This document shows positions 47,796-62,263 of a stretch of 64,000 bases of DNA, one piece after another; positions within the stretch are counted from its first letter, which is position 1, and each line of letters starts with the position of its first letter. This DNA is from Chrysemys picta bellii (lineage: Eukaryota), in NCBI RefSeq assembly GCF_011386835.1, contig NC_088804.1, forward strand, positions 29,016,001-29,080,000, given 5' to 3'. A program made the position numbers and the translations under genes. The notes under the pieces are model-generated. The model made no database searches. It worked only from the letters and a program-made list of their open reading frames with translations, and was not told the origin of the DNA.

Positions 47796-48933
47796 AAAAA
47801 GAGCTTGAGGCCTAGATTTTCATTAATGCTTATGGTAGATTTTCAAACATATTTAGGTGTCTACAGATGCTGATAGGAGCCTAGTGGGATTTAGACAAGC
47901 ACCTAAGAGAATTAGCCACCTAACTCTCATTAACTTTCGTGATCTGGAGAAGTTTCACTGGCCACTTTTGAACATTTGCCTGCATGCAGTTTGGTCAAGG
48001 CTGCACAGGCAGTCTGCTACAGAGTCAACTAGATCCAGGCTTTAACCATAAGACTATCCTTTTTATCCAGAATCCAAGCAGAATGGTCTCAAAGAAAACA
48101 AAACAAAGTTCCTTTCTCCATCTGCTAAAGACATGATTCCATATGAACAGGAACCCTCCATGTTATAGAACTTTACAAATCTTGGATCTTTTGTATTCAT
48201 GTGTTTAACTCAGACAGTTTCAAAATATAGTAACAACATATGAAACAGCACTGAGAGCTCTTTGAGATTCTCAAATGGAAGGCACTATAGAAATACAAAT
48301 TAATACTCACAATTACCCTACCTGCATGTGGTAGATGTTGTTCCTGAGAAAGGGCAGATATGGGCTGATTTGGGCAGGTATTGGGTTGGAGGAGTATTAC
48401 CCCTCAAGTGTCACCAACATACTGATGCCTGAGGAAGGTCGTATATCATGGTGGCAGGTCAGGACAAGATGTAGAATTGGGCATCCTAAATTACATTGCA
48501 TTTATTTTCAACATAGGATATTAAGTGAATTATTCATTTTCATATATAATTAACTAAAATCCTTCATTTTTAATTTATTTGATGTGTCGCAGAATATTGT
48601 CTACTAGGATCCTTGCTACAGACATTGAGGCTCAGCTTGTTGCATGGTACAAGATGGCTTATAACAAACACATTATTTCTAAGGTTTTATACACATCTTT
48701 CTCCTCAGATTTTAATATTTGTATTAAGTTAATTATTTACTATATCTGAATTTTGGCAGTCATATTATAAAATTGCAGTTGTTTTGTTCATATCAGTATT
48801 TTATTTTCAGCACATATTGCATTGTATATATTGTTCAAAGTTTTATATTAGAGCCTTTAGGCACTCATTTGCCATCTTTTTCTGTATGATAAATGCATTT
48901 TTAATTGAGGTTATTAACATCTGTGTCTTTGCT

Positions 48934-49030
48934 AGGAAGTAATACAGTATGTAAGGAGGGTGGATTTAGCTAGTATAGAAAAGGAAGTAATACAGTATGT
49001 AAGGAGGGTGGATTTAGCTAGTATAGAAAA
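48934..49030. repeat. Perfect 48-bp tandem duplication
   Basis: 48934-48981 is identical to 48982-49029. Confidence 0.98.
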
Positions 49031-49214
49031 TAAATTCACTTTGTATCTAAATTAAAAGTAGACTGATGAAAGATGTACTCTAATCCTGGTGTCATTGAAT
49101 TCAATGGGAGTTTTGTCATTGACTGGAGTGGGAATTGCATTGGCCAGTGATCACATATTACCTTATGTTGGACAACATGACTACACAGGCATTAATGGAA
49201 ATTCAACTACTTCC

Positions 49215-50136
49215 AGGTGTTCTTTAAAACCAGTCTCATCAAACAAAAGGTTCTTCTGATCCCAAAGGACCAGCCACACACCCAGGTCAATATAGAACAG
49301 ATCTCAACCAAAAACACACTGATGCCAATCCTTTAGTATCTAAAATCTAAAGGTTTATTTATAAAAAAAGAAAGAAAGAAAGGTAAGAGTTAAAATTGGT
49401 TAAAGGAATCAAATACATACAACAGTTGCAAAGTTCTTGGTTCAGGCTTGTAGCAGTGATCAAATAAACTGCTGGCTTAAGTCAGTCTCTGGTTGCTTCC
49501 AAATCATTGGAAGGTCCTCAGTTCCTTGGTTAGAATGCTCCCATTAGTAAAAGTCCAAAGGCTTGAGCAGGAAAGAAAGAGACTGGAGCAGGAAAGAGGC
49601 AAAATGGAAGTGTTTCCATGGCCTTTTATAGCTTCTATCATGTGGAGGGAAACCCATTGTTCCAAACAAAGCCCTCAGCACAGCTACTGGAAAATCACAG
49701 GTGACAAGATAGTGTTTGGAGTCACATGGGCAAGTCACATGTCCATGCCTGAATTCGCTTAGTCATAGCAGGAAGCCATTACCTATACTTCAGGAATATC
49801 CACAGGAAAGTCCATTCAGTGTAGATGGTCAATTGTGAGTTAAGTGTCCCTTGATGAGCCACTTAATTTGAATAGTCCCTTCAAGATATGCAGGCTAAAT
49901 ACCTTCTGCGTGTTACCCCAGGAACAAACAATTGAAATCCAGGTATAGAGCCAATACTCATAGCTTCAAATAAAAAAATGATACATGAATACAAATAGTA
50001 TAATCATATTTAGCAAATCATGCCCTTTCCATAGACACCTTACTTGACAACCTTTGTACAAGATTTGTTGCAAATATATAACAGTGGTTGCAACAATGAT
50101 CCATCTATGGTCATATTTTAATCAGATAACGTTACA
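49215..50136 (-). mobile_element. Solo LTR, 3'-truncated
   Basis: Minus strand begins TGTAACGTTATCTGATTAAAATATGACC (50136 down); TATAAAA at 49624-49630; AATAAA at 49354-49359; no clear terminal CA; matches a recalled turtle LTR family. Confidence 0.8.
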
Positions 50137-53100
50137 AGGTATATTCAAAAATGGTATTCAGCCTACTATTGATTGACACCCTTTTCATTTTATTTTTGTT
50201 TGCTTTTAACCATTCTCCTGGACTGCAGGATTGTGCTGCTGCATAAGACCCAGAACATAAAATGGACTAGTCTAGTTAATGACTGAGCTGAACAAACTGC
50301 AAAAAGAAACCAAACTACACATGTGGTGGAAAACAGATTATTAAAGATGAAAGAATACTATATCTAATTTTAGGTATTTTCAATAGGACAAATAAGTATG
50401 GCATAATATATCATATATAATTTTTAACATAGCAATATCGCAAATTTCATCTCAGAGGTGGCAACATTCTAGTGGTTCATGGAGTTTATTTACTGTCTTT
50501 TTAAAAATGCTATGGGGATCTTTTGGGAAGGAAGATTTTATAATATTACTGAATTATGTTCTTAACTCTTACCTCAAAGATGAAAATTAAATTAAAATAG
50601 TAATTAGTGTCTGTGATTTTCACAGGCGCCTGTGGAAGCTGGGCATCCTATTCCCATTGAAATTGAAAGGCAGGTGCCTAAACCCCTTAGGCTGCTTTGA
50701 AAAGCAGCTGTGACTGCTCACAGAAGTAAAACGGAATGTATGCCACGCAGCAGGTGTGTTCCTATTTTTTTAAAACTTGCTTTTTATCTTTTGTACAAGG
50801 CCTATTAACTTTAAGGCATATCCATTTTTTCACAGAGTACTCCTGGCATCTAATACAAACCCAGTGCACATCATAACAGCTTTGTTGTTAGACATACCAG
50901 ATTACTCAAGGCATTAAAAATTTATATTTCTGATGCATTTCTTTTTATGTTGACCATTCTGGAGTCATCTGAAGTTATCTCATGATCAGCTATGATATTC
51001 AGAATTAATATTTGGTGAAGGGCTAATATTGGAAGAACGTTGCAGACATAACTTCATCGATGTTATGTAAACTGCCCCTTGTCAGAACAAGAAAATATAT
51101 AAAATTAATGTGTGATACACACCAAAGTTAAATTACTTAATTTTGGATGTATAAAGATTTTTCAATGATTAAATATTAGGTGCACTCTGGAGGGCCTCTT
51201 AGGGATGTTACTGTTCCCAAGCTTCCTTCTTGGTCTGTCTAAAACAGGATTTAGAGGCTTTTAATAGAATTTAGATGGGCTTAAAAATCTCCATACATGC
51301 AGTCCTACTTTCACTGATTTATTGCATGAATTTGCTGTTGAATTTGTTATGTGACACTTGATCTCCCCTTAGGGACTTGTTCAGTTCTGATTGGATAATG
51401 GAAATTTCCAATAGTGATTAAGCACAAATGAGTATGAAATTGATTTATTATAATAAGTGAAATTGAGATCTGATTGCTTTTCTTTCTGTCCTTTAAAAAA
51501 AAAAAACAGGTGTTTCAGATGAATGTTTCTATAATATTTTGCCAACAAGGAACAAAGAAAATTAAGAGTACATTTCTTAATTACACACTGGAAATTAGAT
51601 ATGGAATATTGTTCCAAATTTGTTTGATTCCATGTGCACATGAGAGTTGCTGGAATGGCATAACATCAGCATAATTACATCCTTGCAGAGAGGATATATC
51701 ATATTACATGATATTTTGCTAAATCTGAACTGATATAAATAATTTAATAGAGTAAGTGGATGACATTCTTTATTGAATACTTGTGTTTAAAGCTTTATAG
51801 TGTAATATTAATACAAAACATGTTTTTGTACATGCAGTACACCTGCCTAAAGAGAGATGTATTGATTGCAATCTTGTACAGTAAAGAAAAAAGTTACTAC
51901 TCTGGGATGGAATCTCATAGATATTATGCAGGTCAGTTCATCCAAAGAACACCAGTCTTAAATTCACATTCTGAAAAGATTAAGGGTGTCTGTGGATGCC
52001 ACCCAATAAAACTCCCTGTAGGATATGGGCAAGGAATACATCCTTGTAGTTATGAAGTGTCACCCCATGGCCAAGCTCCTTCCTTCTGGATTTATCTATG
52101 CCAGACCTGGAGACTAAAGTCTTCACATTTATCCACAGATCAGGTATAATGTGAGCATCAGTGTAAACTTCTCCCACACTATCCTAACCTATGAGAGACC
52201 ACTTCTGGAAGTGACAGGGAAATCCACTGTCCTGGCCCAATCAGTCCTTGCCTTAACTGTAGAGGCTACCAAAATTGCCTTTACTGCTGAATATATTAAT
52301 TTGTGCTAATTGTGTGTGTGGGGGGGGGAAGACCTTTCTTTTTAATTATGTAAGGCTCCCCCACTATATGTGAGTGTGAAGTATTCAAAATACTACTGGA
52401 CATGCTAAAAGTCACTGCTATAATTCTGATCACAGCCTCCATGCTGTTGACAAAGAAGTCTGAAAAGTCTATTGCTTTACGTACCTCAGAGCATCTTCCT
52501 TTTCAAGTGAAAACAGCCCACGTAGCTTTACAAATACACATCAGTGACGATCCAGCATGTGAAATTTGCATTTGCACACTGAGTGAGCTACATTTATCCC
52601 TGGTTTAATTCTATTGACTTCCATAATGTTGATGGCCTATTGGTATCTGAACATGGTAAAAAGCTTACATCATGTTGCATATAAAGGGAACCAAATAATT
52701 ACCAGAAAGTACAGCCGATGTCATTTAAAAGTTAACATTTGTCAAGATATTGGATGATTTACCACCACAGTATCCCTTTCCCCCCTATTTAGAATAAGAA
52801 ATAATTGCATGGTATCTGTTTGTAAACATTAATTTTTAAATGGCAACTACTGCACCAGCATAACATTATGCTTTTTCGCAATAACATGGTACTGTCAATA
52901 CTGTCATCTCTAAATATAAATGATCTGGACTGAAAGAGATATGAGAAGGTAAATTCAAAAAAGCCAGCATATAGCCCTTAATCTCCATGGTGGATTTTAA
53001 AAGCGTTTCGATTCTTTTTAGAACATTCACCAAAGTTAGGCCAGAAGAAGTCAAAGTAATTTAGATCCAATCTCTTTTCAAAAATGAAATGAACAGAAGT

Positions 53101-53393
53101 TTTATTAAAAGGAAATGAAGAGGAAATTGAACTTTCATATTTCATGGTGCAATTGTGATGACAGAAAACAATATTCATCGACAGAAAGTATAGAAGATAT
53201 TTATATGTCTTTTTTCTGTTATTCAGCTACTCTGTGGGAGTTCTGTCAAAATAGAGGGCAAGTTATTTTTAAAAATATAATGGAGCTGTAGTAGAATTAC
53301 CTGCTGGCTATCGCTTATGAGTTCTATGTATTCTTTAAAAAAACTTCTATGTTCAGAAATCAGTAACATTAATTTAAATGTATCTGTGTAAAC

Positions 53394-53720
53394 CAATGGT
53401 GGGCAACCTGTGGCCCATGGGCCCATCAGGGTAATCTGCTGGCAGGCCACTAGACAGTTTGTTTACATTTGCATGACTGCCCGCAGCTCCCAGTGGCCGT
53501 TGTTCACCGTTTCCAGCCAATGGGAGTTGTGGGAAGCAGCGCAGGCTGCAGGGACGTGCTGGCCGCTGCTTCCCGCAGCTCCCATTGGCTGGGAACAGTG
53601 AACCGCGAGCACTGGGAGCTGCAGGGGGCCGTGCCTGCGGACAGTCAATGTAAACAAAATGTCTTGCGGCCCGCCAGCAGATTACCCGGATGGGCCGCAT
53701 GCAAAAGATTGCCATCTCTG
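53394..53720. mobile_element. Palindromic hAT MITE, 327 bp
   Basis: Ends CAATGGTGGGCAACC / AGATTGCCATCTCTG; internal inverted arms (CAGCCAATGGGAG / CTCCCATTGGCTG); TSD not recognisable. Confidence 0.9.
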
Positions 53721-54557
53721 TCCTACGGCCTAGTTTTCAGAGGCACTAAGCCTGAGTTAGAACTGCAGGTGGCTATGAAAATCTGGCCCTGAGTGTTTCA
53801 AGTGGAGCATCCAAAAGCTGATGCCTCCCAAATTAGTGGTCATCCTTCTGAAAATGAAGGTCTACATTTTCTCTCTCCCTATGGCAAATCCTATGGGACG
53901 GAGGAGGCAGTTCCATTGCCCGCCCTCTACCAGGATGATGGTACTCTAGGAGAGGTACAAGGGGGGGTAATTTACAATTTTTTGTGCTTGCTTTTCTGAA
54001 AATGGCACAACTTTTAGAAAATGGAAAAGGAAAATTGATTACTGTGACAGAAATGTTAGTTTTACGTTTCTAAAACTCTAGTGTGAAAAAGTAAAACCTT
54101 AAAATAATAAATAATTATAATCTACAAAAGAACTTGACAAAGGCCCTTGACACTGAGGTCTCTTTATAAAGCACTATTATTGTTTTTCACTGAAATGCTC
54201 ATTAGTCCAGGTAATGTATGCAGTTTATCCCTTTAATTTTAAGAAAATATTACTACAATATCTGAAAGCCAATTTGTCTTAAAATTCTGGATTGATTACT
54301 GTGAACTTTTAAGAACAAATTTTTGATTTATTACAAGACTGAGGATGGTACTTCCCTATTGGAAAACAAGAGACCCAAGAAAGAATGGATTTCCTTGATC
54401 AAATATACGCAAGTGGTGAAATCCTGGCCCCCGTGAAGTGAATGGAAATTTTGCCACAAATTTTAATGGGACTGGGATTTTTTTCCTTTGTTCTTTTTGT
54501 TTGCAGTGGGTGTGCTGACATTCTAGATTTTCAGTGATTCCGAATATTTTAGGCAAT

Positions 54558-54870
54558 GGGCCAGATTCTGTAGTGCACTATGGCCCCTTTGCTCAGGCAG
54601 AATAAAGGAGTTATAATCAGGCTGCAAATTTCAAGCAGAAAATTCCCCTGCGATAGAGAAAACTTTCTTTTGGGCACAACAGGATCTATTCTTTGTGCTA
54701 CCCCTCCCTCCAGCATATAGCTCATGGCGGGAGAGAGAGTAGTTGTGTTGGGGGGGTGTGATGGAGCTCCTTTCTGCTATGCCATCAGCATTAAAACATA
54801 AGGCTGCCCAGCTTTAAGTGGCATTAAGGCTGGAGCCAGTCCTGAGGGTCAGGGAATTCAAAAGAATGCA
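54558..54870. mobile_element. Long GGGCCAGATTC-type MITE remnant
   Basis: Left end GGGCCAGATTCTG; right end eroded. Confidence 0.45.
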
Positions 54871-55230
54871 GCTTTCTAACCATAACAAAGGAGTACAAGC
54901 CACGCATCATAGGAAAAAACAATAATGAAGCACACAGTACAATCAAGATTCACCTTAATATTAGATATACTTCTTGGACTTTCTTCTTAAATTTCTTTCA
55001 GCTAGAAATACATTTTCTTTTCTGATATTAGTCTTGAAAGAGATCACAACATCTCTAAATACATGGAATGGTTCGAATGCCTTTGGGAAGTTAACATCAA
55101 CCTGAATGAAACATACATCTACTTCAGAGCTGTTCCTCTTCATATGCCATATGATGGTTTATAGCACTTGACAGACAACACTGAGCGATACCAAAAAAGA
55201 ATTGAATTTTGTAGTAGTTTTCAGGTTATG

Positions 55231-55232
<2 letters not shown>

Positions 55233-55308
<76 letters not shown>
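55233..55308. repeat. Compound microsatellite (TA)18(GA)20
   Basis: Read directly from the sequence. Confidence 0.98.
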
Positions 55309-55311
<3 letters not shown>

Positions 55312-58300
55312 TGCTAAATGAAAGTGTTAGTATTGCTATAGATGATTGTGACTGAGATAGCACCAATGAGAACTATCAGACTGTTGGAAATCACAGGAAC
55401 AGCTGTCACACTTCTTGAAATGCAATAAAACATTAAAACTTCAGCAAAAATTAACACGCAGTTAAGTTTTATAGTGTAGGCTATGAAAACAAGTCAGAAT
55501 TTGGGAACTGATGAATATCATGAAACCGACACCTAGGAGTGACTAGTAAAACAGCTAAAGCAAAGTAAGGGAACTAAAGTAATACAAAGACCTTTATTAT
55601 TAGGACTAGTTCTAGAGTTCAGATCAAATTGTGTAGGAAACCTGCTCCCCCTTTCATCATCAACTCTGAGTCCTTTCAAATATGGTAGGGTTTTGTATTA
55701 TATTAAAATGCATTGTAATCAACGAGTGTCAAACTTTTCCAAAGCAGTTTGATATACCAGAAAAGATGGGTGCGTCTGTGCTGCTACATGATACTAACAT
55801 GTGCATAGCTGGATGACTATTTTATTAAGAAGAAAACTAGCTGACTTTTAAAATGAATCCCATCTTCATGCTATGTACATGTCCTTTACCAAGATCAGTT
55901 ATTTAGGAATCTAAGCATTGCCTTTGCATTGGATCTTGGAGAATCCTGCAACCACCAAAAATTTACTAGATGGTACAGCATGAGTTTTCAGAGTAAAAGT
56001 CTCTCTCTCCTGAATGCACCAATAGTAAGTAGCGATGTGAGGAGTCTGATGATGATTTGGATATGGAAAGCTGTGGATAGGGGAAAAGTTCCAGAATTTC
56101 CCAGCTGCATAAAGGTTTTCTTTCCAGGCATACTGTACTTTGAATGCAGTTTGAGATGGTTGATTGGGTCCTACAAACATTATAGTCCCATTTTAAGATT
56201 TCTTCCTTTATAGGCTTTTAATGCCAACTGTGCGGTGAACACCTGTCCACTGAAATCTAGACCGAGACCAACTCAGATCACAACCACCACTTAACTCAGG
56301 GTGTGATCCAGTACTCTTACAGTACACTATATTTCAGTGTGATTGTGAGCTTTGATAGACACAAATATCCTCTAAGTTTTGTGTATTTTTAAATATAGTT
56401 TTGGATGGAAAATAGTCTATTTCATATTCCCCTTAGTAACATGCTTAACAGATACAACTGCACACCAGTCTGAAATGCCAGGGTTCCTTACAGAATCTCT
56501 TCTGCCCCCTAAAGCTTCCCAACACTACGATGCAGCTGAAAGTAAAAATCAAAACATACAACAGAATAAATGAGGATTTAACCAATTCCCTCTCCGTGGC
56601 ACGACTAGGAGAATGCATTCTTCTTATCTCTAATATGGAATTAATTCCAAACATGAGAGAAATCTTTAACATCTCAGTCATACTTTGCCACGCGTATATG
56701 ATGAGGTGTTCACTATCCTCCAGGAATTGAACTTTGTCCTATTACACATGTCCATTATGAATCCTCTATTTGCTTAGTAGTATAAATGGGTGAACTCATA
56801 GCATCTTTGGGCTGTGATAAATCTGAAGGCTCAGATAGAATCTTCATGATTACTTTTTAAAATCTTTCAAGGTCATTCTACATGATTTCATGCTACATAA
56901 CATCCTTTCTCAATCCTTTCTCAGTGTGAAATGGACTATGCTAAATATTGATTTTTCTCCTTTGGTTTGCTTGAAAAAGTCACACCATCTTCTAGCTATT
57001 CAATTCTCTGTAAGCCAATGTGTAAACAGCTAAAATTGCAGAAAACAATTAAGGTATTAAAAAGAGGAGCTGTACTGGAGGTGATTATTTTGAGGACTAC
57101 ATTGAAGAATTGAAAGGCATTCTTCCTTCCTGCAGGAAAAGAATGATGGAGGTGGAAGAAAAATTATTAGAGCTGAGCCAGTGGAGTACGTGAAAAAAAA
57201 AATACAGTGAAGAAAATTGCTTTGAATAAAAAAGTACCTTAAATTTGTAGTTGGAAAAATACAAAGACAATAAATAATTGTTTTAAAAATCTTAACATGA
57301 GATGAGGATCTCAGGCTAGTTCTCACTCGAGAACTGTTCACAACCACTTATTGGCACCTTTGTCGGCATTCTCAGAAGAGAGGCCAATGCCTGCATTAAC
57401 AAGTAGTGTTAAATACACTCTGAGCCCTAGAAGTTGCTCCTTAAGCACACTGTCAGAGGGTTATCCAGAAACTTGCATTGGCACCACTTGTACATGAGGT
57501 AAATAGAGGAATTCTGGAGGGGCTTTATTCCCTTGCAAAATTAAAGGAAAAACTGCTAATATTTGTGCCTGTTCTTCATATGTCAGTGCATATATACAAA
57601 TCTGAGGCACTGCTTTTGATAATTTAGCCTGGTTTCTTTAAACTAGTGTGATTACTAGATTCAAGTAAGCCGTGGGTCCTTTCCAATTATATCATGACCC
57701 TATTTAGGTTTATGACCAATTATGACCCTACTTAGATTTATGAATAAAACTCTGGTCTTAAAGCAGCAAAAATGCAGATAGTGCTTTTTATCATAGCACT
57801 TTTTAACATTATCATTCTCTCAGGTATCTTGTATACCCGTGAGAACTTTCACCCTCTCTACAGTCGACCAGTAATGAATGTGAGTGCTGTTAATCAGGCA
57901 GGTATTGATTCAGCTTGCAAAAATGTGTCACAGTGGGATTTACCCTTTGACCTTCAGCTCATGAATCCACCGCCGTGTCCAAGATATGCTTTCACAATGC
58001 GGAGAGCACTTTCCCTGCTAACAGCTTTCTACTCCACCCATCCTTGCTTTTCACATATAAGCAGGAGCTTGTAAAACTGCATTACTAAAAAGTCACTTTT
58101 CATATGATCACCTCACAAATGAAGTGAAAGGATGGGATTGACTGCTATTACAAAATATGAGTTTTATTTACCTCTCCCTAGATTGATGTAAATCCCACTG
58201 ATGTCTTTGGGAGACATGTGGGCATAAGGAAATGACGATAGGCCTCCATGAATTCTTTACAAATGCACAATATTCAGCATTCCACGACAATTCTCTTTTT

Positions 58301-58424
58301 ATAAATCCTGTGAGATTGCTGAGTTCAATGTCTTCAAAAGCCTGGATCATGCCCTCTCTAGGAGATATGAAGGACTAGTAAGAGGTGGTTTGGACAGACC
58401 CCTCATTATTCTCCAGTTTCAATG

Positions 58425-58546
58425 TACGGTGACCAGATGTCCCAATTTTATAGGCACAGTCCCGATTTTTGGGTCTTTTTCTTATATAGGCTCCTATTAC
58501 CCCCCACCCCATCCCGATTTTTCACAGTTGCTGTCTGGTCACCCTA
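58425..58546 (+). mobile_element. hAT MITE, 122 bp
   Basis: TIRs TACGGTGACCAGA / TCTGGTCACCCTA; TSD TTTCAATG / TTTCAACG (7 of 8, CpG transition). Confidence 0.95.
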
Positions 58547-60270
58547 TTTCAACGTGCCCTTCTTTGTGTTTTGTTTTTAAGGTAACACTCTAGATATTAA
58601 AGTAGCAAAGAAACTCTTAAAAATGAAGAGTTTAATCCATGCAGATATATGTTGCAGAGAGACTGAAGCCACTGCTCCAAGATATGAACTACTTATATCC
58701 ATTTCAATGGATGCTAACTTAAGACGCCAACTATGGTATTTTAAATGTGAGCATTGCTAACTTTTTTCACTGTTCAAAGACTGTAAGAAAATAATGGAAG
58801 TAATATATAAGGAGTTCTGCACCAGCACTCCACTATACTTGTGTGGGATGCCATACAGGACTAACCTGAGGGATGCAGAATGTTATAAATTAAAATGAGT
58901 AGACCTTTAAAAAGACATGATGGGATTCCAGGGAGGAGCATAACTGGTTTCCTTTTTGGGAGGGGGTCGAGGGGAGTTGCTCAGCTTTCAAAAGTTGGGG
59001 AAACATTGGCTTAGTGTTTGCAGAAAGGATGACACCATATTTTTATAAGGACACTGGGCATTGTGACTATCTTAAAATCACCTCCTTCATGCTATGTACA
59101 GTGGCACTTTATTGCTTACCTGCGGATTTTGTGTATTGCATATTTCAATGTTGCAATTATCAGAGCACCGAGAATTAATTTTTAGTGTTAGAGAAAACAT
59201 TCACCCCAAAGAACAGAGAAATGGGCAAAGGAGCTTTATGTGCTGTAATCAAGAACACTGACAAGATTCATTAGCAAGCCAGAGAGATACCACCTGGACA
59301 AAAGTATATTGGAAAGAGTAGTGATAATGATTCTTTGTCCCATGTACAGCCATGAAACTTGGAATAAATGTATGTGATATTTAAGTATTTTCAGTATCTA
59401 AATTTTTCAGAAGGACAAATAATGCTGTGTCCAACTCAACTTCTATGTTCAAACTCTTTTGTGACTTTCATCAAATTAAATAATTTCCAGATCTGAAATT
59501 TATTGTCTCCCTTTCTGAACAAGGATAGATCTTTAATGTAACTATGGCCAATTCAGTGTTGTTCAGTGGGCAAGAATATGTTTTCAGAGTGAAACACACC
59601 AAAAGTGAGCAGAGAGAGGAGATCCAGTTGTTCTGATTAATCAGGACTTTTCACAACTTGTTTTGCTGCTCAGTTGAAGTATTATATCATTGCCATTGTA
59701 AGCTTATGGGTAATTTTCACAGAAACCCAACTATGGGTCCAATTCAGTATGAAAAAAAGTCTACTATATTCACTGCTAGCAGTTGCATGTACAGCTTCAT
59801 GACCGTCCTTGATGACCAGCATGCAATTCAATTTTTCCATCATGGTCAATGACTCAACTTGACATGAAACATGGTCAGAAAAACCTTGCACTGGATGCTA
59901 AATGACAACCCAACCTCCTAATACTTTGATATGTCTGTTTCATTACACTTCAGAAAAGCAAAGACACATTTTCATCAACCTCTACTGCATACTATTCTCA
60001 ATGATGCACTTGGTAAAAGTAGACCTTCCTGAGAATCTGTGGGTTCATTATCACTTACATTATTGGAACTACTGAAGAGACTGATAATATTATACTATAA
60101 CACAACACATAATCTTTGATAACTATGCAATAACAGGTCTTCAGTGACATTGCCTAAGGATGGTCAAGAACATTCATTAAGTGACAAGTGCCAAAGTAAA
60201 TAAGTAATATTCTTGGGAAGTAGGTGCCTCTTTAAAACAGCAAACATCTATATGCTACTTAGTTAAAAAA

Positions 60271-60677
60271 AGCTACAAACATGATTAAGAAGCGGGAGAG
60301 AACTATTTATGAGGCGAGATTAGAAGAATTATATGTGCAAGTTAGCTATAAAATGACTAAAGAGTGATGAGATAATCTTCAACTATTTCAAGGTTGTAAC
60401 CACAGAGGAGGAAGAGGAATTATAGAGCACAGTAAGAGAAAATACATAACTAGAAGGAATGGAATGAAATTAAGACAGTGAAAAGTTAGCATAAATATTA
60501 GAAAAAAAGTTACAGATGGCAGAAAGTTAAGCTATGAAATAAACTCTCAAAAGAATTGTTTGGAACATTTTAAAGTATACTGAATGAAAGAGTAATAAAT
60601 GTAGAATAGAGGAAAATACTGTAGGGGTCCGAGGGCAGACTAGATGACCTAATGTGTCTTTTCCATTTCTAGATCAT
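60271..60677 (+). mobile_element. Old CR1 LINE 3' fragment
   Basis: Translation MIKKRERTIYEARLEEL resembles CR1 MIKGLEHLSYEERLKEL; downstream GACTAGATGACCT is typical of the CR1 3' end; many stops. Confidence 0.75.
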
Positions 60678-62261
60678 ACAACCCTAGCAGACTATGGACC
60701 TAACGTTGCAACAAGCATGCATTTGCTTAATCTTACACCCATGAATGAAGCAAATAGGGCTAGTCATAGGTGTGAAGTTAAGCATATGCATATGTTTTTG
60801 CAGGATCAAGGCTACAATGCTATATTGGAACCATTTGATTAGTTACTCACAATATTTTTGGTAGCTGCACTATGGTTAAAGACCAATTAAAAATTCATTT
60901 GCAGAAGTGAGTTCCTCAAGTTGCTGGAAGGGAATAGATTGATAAGGAATGGGGTGAGGACACTTGGCCCTTAAGAGTAATTCATTGACAAAGTTCTGTG
61001 GCAAGGGCCAAGAATCCTCTTAGCTGTCATTTTCATTGTCCTGAGTGGTGTGCTTTGAAGGGAGGAATGTATGTCTATTCACAAAGACTTTCTGCAAGTC
61101 TAGGACTTAGAATGTTAGGCCTACAAATGTGTTATTAGCTTCCTAAGGCTGGAAGCTAGGGAGAGCTATTAGTGTAGAAAAGAATATTCTAGAGATGCAT
61201 AATGCACAGAGACTGAAAGAAATCCATACTGACTGCTTTATTATTTATCTGTTTTCCAAATCAATATTAGAAATAGACTTCTTGTGTGACAAAACAGATA
61301 CATTTCCTATCTGTAATATGGAGACAAAAAAAAAACACCCATATTGAATGTAGTTATCTACCTCCTGAAGTTGTATTAGAAATAGTACTGACTGAATGTA
61401 AACAAACCTATACATTATTCATTTAGGACATGATCATGCATTCTTTGCTCCCTCAAATCTCTCACTGTAGTCAGTCTTAATAATCTGATTTGCACCATAG
61501 CACTGATTTTAAACCAAACAAAATCCTCACTGGCCCAGATTTTTTCTTTCATAAGGGCTGCTTTGTGTTCAAAGCATCTCTAAAGCCACCACAGTCAACC
61601 ATAAGAGATTACCCTCTATGCACTGTCCTCTATATTGTATGTCCTTCAGTGTCTTGTATGTTTCTTGGCTGCAACTGTGGATCTGGTCCAATATGTCCTT
61701 GGCAATGAAGATTAAACTCATCTTACCCCCAGCTATATATACACTATATAACATTATGAGGGAGGGGTGGTACAGGTTGTAGAGAAGCAGCTGGAAGACC
61801 GAGACCTCCATTTTGGCAGTAGCAAGTAGTAACCTTCTCCCTGACTGGGAGTGTGCTCACAGGAGGGTAGGTGCTATGACAAGCATCCTTTTCAGCCCAA
61901 GGCAACAGGTCCTGAAAATCCTGCTAAAGTATTGTGGGAAGGGTTAATTGATGATGATGATTAATGTGTGTAGCTGAGATATTTTAAAGGAAGGAACTGA
62001 TGGATTTGGGGTATTCCACTTCCATATTTTAATGAGGAGGCCGATATACAAATTTTACCCTAGGCTTTATTAAGAGCCAGTGTTCAGGAATTTGGCACAC
62101 TGAAGTGCAGGCACAAGTATGAGCACACGCAGTGTTGTGAGTGTTCTTAGTAATGTTGAGATCTGAAAGTCAGGCCTTATCCCAGTGAGCCTAATACAGA
62201 AGAAACCTGTCCCATTACAGATATAACTAACAAGTGAGGCTCCAAAATCTCAAAAAGGCTT

Positions 62262-62263
<2 letters not shown>

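Noticed and set aside
49215-50140. AGGT on both sides of the LTR as a TSD
   Set aside because: The left copy is out of register with a TG terminus and the LTR appears truncated there.
51760-52149. 129-aa ORF
   Set aside because: No recognisable domain or splice context; AT-rich codon usage.
55509-55545. CTGATGA-ATATCAT-GAAAC minimal hammerhead-like core
   Set aside because: Only a 2-bp stem II; no compatible stem I or stem III with NUH.
57772-58074. 100-aa ORF with signal-peptide-like start, and a 56-nt exon candidate at 57824-57879
   Set aside because: The hydrophobic start is just the T-rich tract; peptide unrecognised; donor only moderate.
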